Shown: positions 62,426 to 64,000 of the stretch, one piece after another
How the letters are laid out: each line of letters begins with the position of its first letter
Position numbering within the stretch: the first letter of the stretch is position 1
NCBI RefSeq assembly: GCF_018977255.1
Contig: NW_024704743.1
Span: 69,318,001-69,382,000 of the forward strand
DNA: 64,000 nt
Origin: Callorhinchus milii
Lineage: Eukaryota
Reading direction: 5' to 3'
Program-made: the position numbers and the translations under genes
Notes under the pieces: model-generated
Database searches by the model: none
What the model saw: the letters and a program-made list of their open reading frames with translations, nothing else
What the model was told of the DNA's origin: nothing

Positions 62426-64000
62426 CAAATACAAATATTTAGATGTCAAATGAACATCTAGCAACAATTCTCTGTGGGGTGGATGGAGGGGAAGATGAGC
62501 AGTGTTTGTTTGGAACTGAACTTGCTCTAAGGTGACATACACAGTAACTGAATATTGGAATCAAACCAGTCACAATCTGGTTCCTGAGCCAGGTGGGTCT
62601 GCAGTCCTTCAAATCACTGCTGATAGACCAGTCAGCCTGGCTGATCGGCAGGACTGAAGCAAAAACAGTAACTATTTAGCTTACATCCACACTAGATATT
62701 GAATGATGCTTCAGTGCATGAATTCCAATTAAAATGTTGTCGCCGCGGCTTAATTATGACAATGCCAAAAAAAATTCAAGGTGGGTGATAACCAAGTGAT
62801 GTATTTTACTTAATTTCATTGTGTCAGGAATCTTACAAATGGATCAAAACATGGCCTTGAAACATGAAAGAAATGCAAACTTTACTCGGGTACTTCCTTC
62901 TAAAATAGGAACTCCATCTGTACAGAACCCAAGAGCTCAGCGAGTGACTATTCATTTGTCAGTAATCAATGCTGTTTGGTCAGATCCAAGATTAGTGGCA
63001 AATCTGCACGCGGAGGGCTTCATTCACATGAGAAACTTTTTTTTAAATTAGACAATGACACATTTCAAGACAAATTGGACAGACTACTGACTTCCCTTCT
63101 GAATTTCAATTAGCACAAACATATATTACAATTACAAAGTGCTCACATGGAGTTTAAAATGTGATTAATACTTATGAAGTTGCTGGCATTTTCATTGTTG
63201 TAAGTCAGTGGATGACAAATAAAAAAAAGGTCAGTATTCTTCTAAACACAATAAATAACAATGAATCAATTCAGCAAAAATGTAAATGTTAATAAACATC
63301 AGGAAACAAACCAACAGAGGAAGCTTCCATTTTTTTTAAAACAAAAAGGGAGTATAACTTAAATACCATTGTACACCACAAATACTGAATAGGACTATTC
63401 ATTACTAAACTATTGCCCCCAAACTATCCAACCATTGTAGCCATTTTGTACAACAGACAGGAGCTGTAAACTAACACTGACCTACAGTTAAGTTCCCCCA
63501 AGCTGTGCTAAACAGTCACTATTAGATGGCTATTATGAAGGGCACTATATAAATACAAGTTGTTGTTATTTGGCTCACTCCATGACACAGGAATACTGCT
63601 GTGTGAAAATGGTTGCTGCATCTCACCCACAAAATACAAAGTACACAAAATACAATTTACAGTATATCCTTTGAAGTGCTTTAAGACCTCTCAACAGCAC
63701 GATAAGGTGTTATATCAAAATATCAAATGCAAGGATTATTATATGTACCATTCTATTGACAGAACTGGAGATGAGTGAAGTTGACTGAATTAGTCACACA
63801 CATTTTATAGATGGATAATATCTGAGAATATTCATGGAAATTGAGATTTAATAGATATTTTTCCAGTAATTAATTAGAACTGCTAATGGCTATTCTTCAA
63901 TCTTTTGGAATAGGAAACAACTGTAAGCAAATGAATTTCCCAAAAAATTTAGATAAAGATATCGAGTGTCAAATACCACTGCTTGCTGCTAAAACTGTTA

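Noticed and set aside
1483..63741. Recurrent ~100-bp motif suggesting a CRISPR or regular repeat array
   Set aside because: Irregular spacing, both orientations, variable 5' truncation and (TTA)n tails identify it as SINE tails; no cas genes.

Overview
Eukaryotic vertebrate DNA. The repeat content (CR1 LINE, L2 LINEs, tRNA/Deu-domain SINEs) points to a cartilaginous fish, possibly a chimaera; this is inference. The window lies almost entirely inside one minus-strand gene, ANKRD28 (PP6 regulatory ankyrin-repeat subunit A). I resolved 14 consecutive coding exons (50325 down to 2279), all with canonical GT-AG sites and matching phases. The start exon and the 3' half were not found and presumably lie outside the window. 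The introns hold a 5'-truncated CR1 with an RT ORF, many L2 3' fragments, two related Deu-type SINE families sharing an L2-like tail, microsatellites and small local duplications. No prokaryotic-type system is present. Best leads: (1) a putative RNA-structure/splicing module around the 64-nt exon at 12920-12983, with a strand-specific exon-intron duplex, a frameshifting upstream acceptor resembling a paralog insert, and diverged flanking repeats; (2) an intronic cluster of ZNF143/NRF1-like motifs at 27.3-27.6 kb that could be an internal promoter; (3) candidate unannotated exons at 51.0-51.6 kb; (4) modular SINE subfamily evolution; (5) templated-insertion scars. Family names and paralog sequences come from memory, not from a database search.
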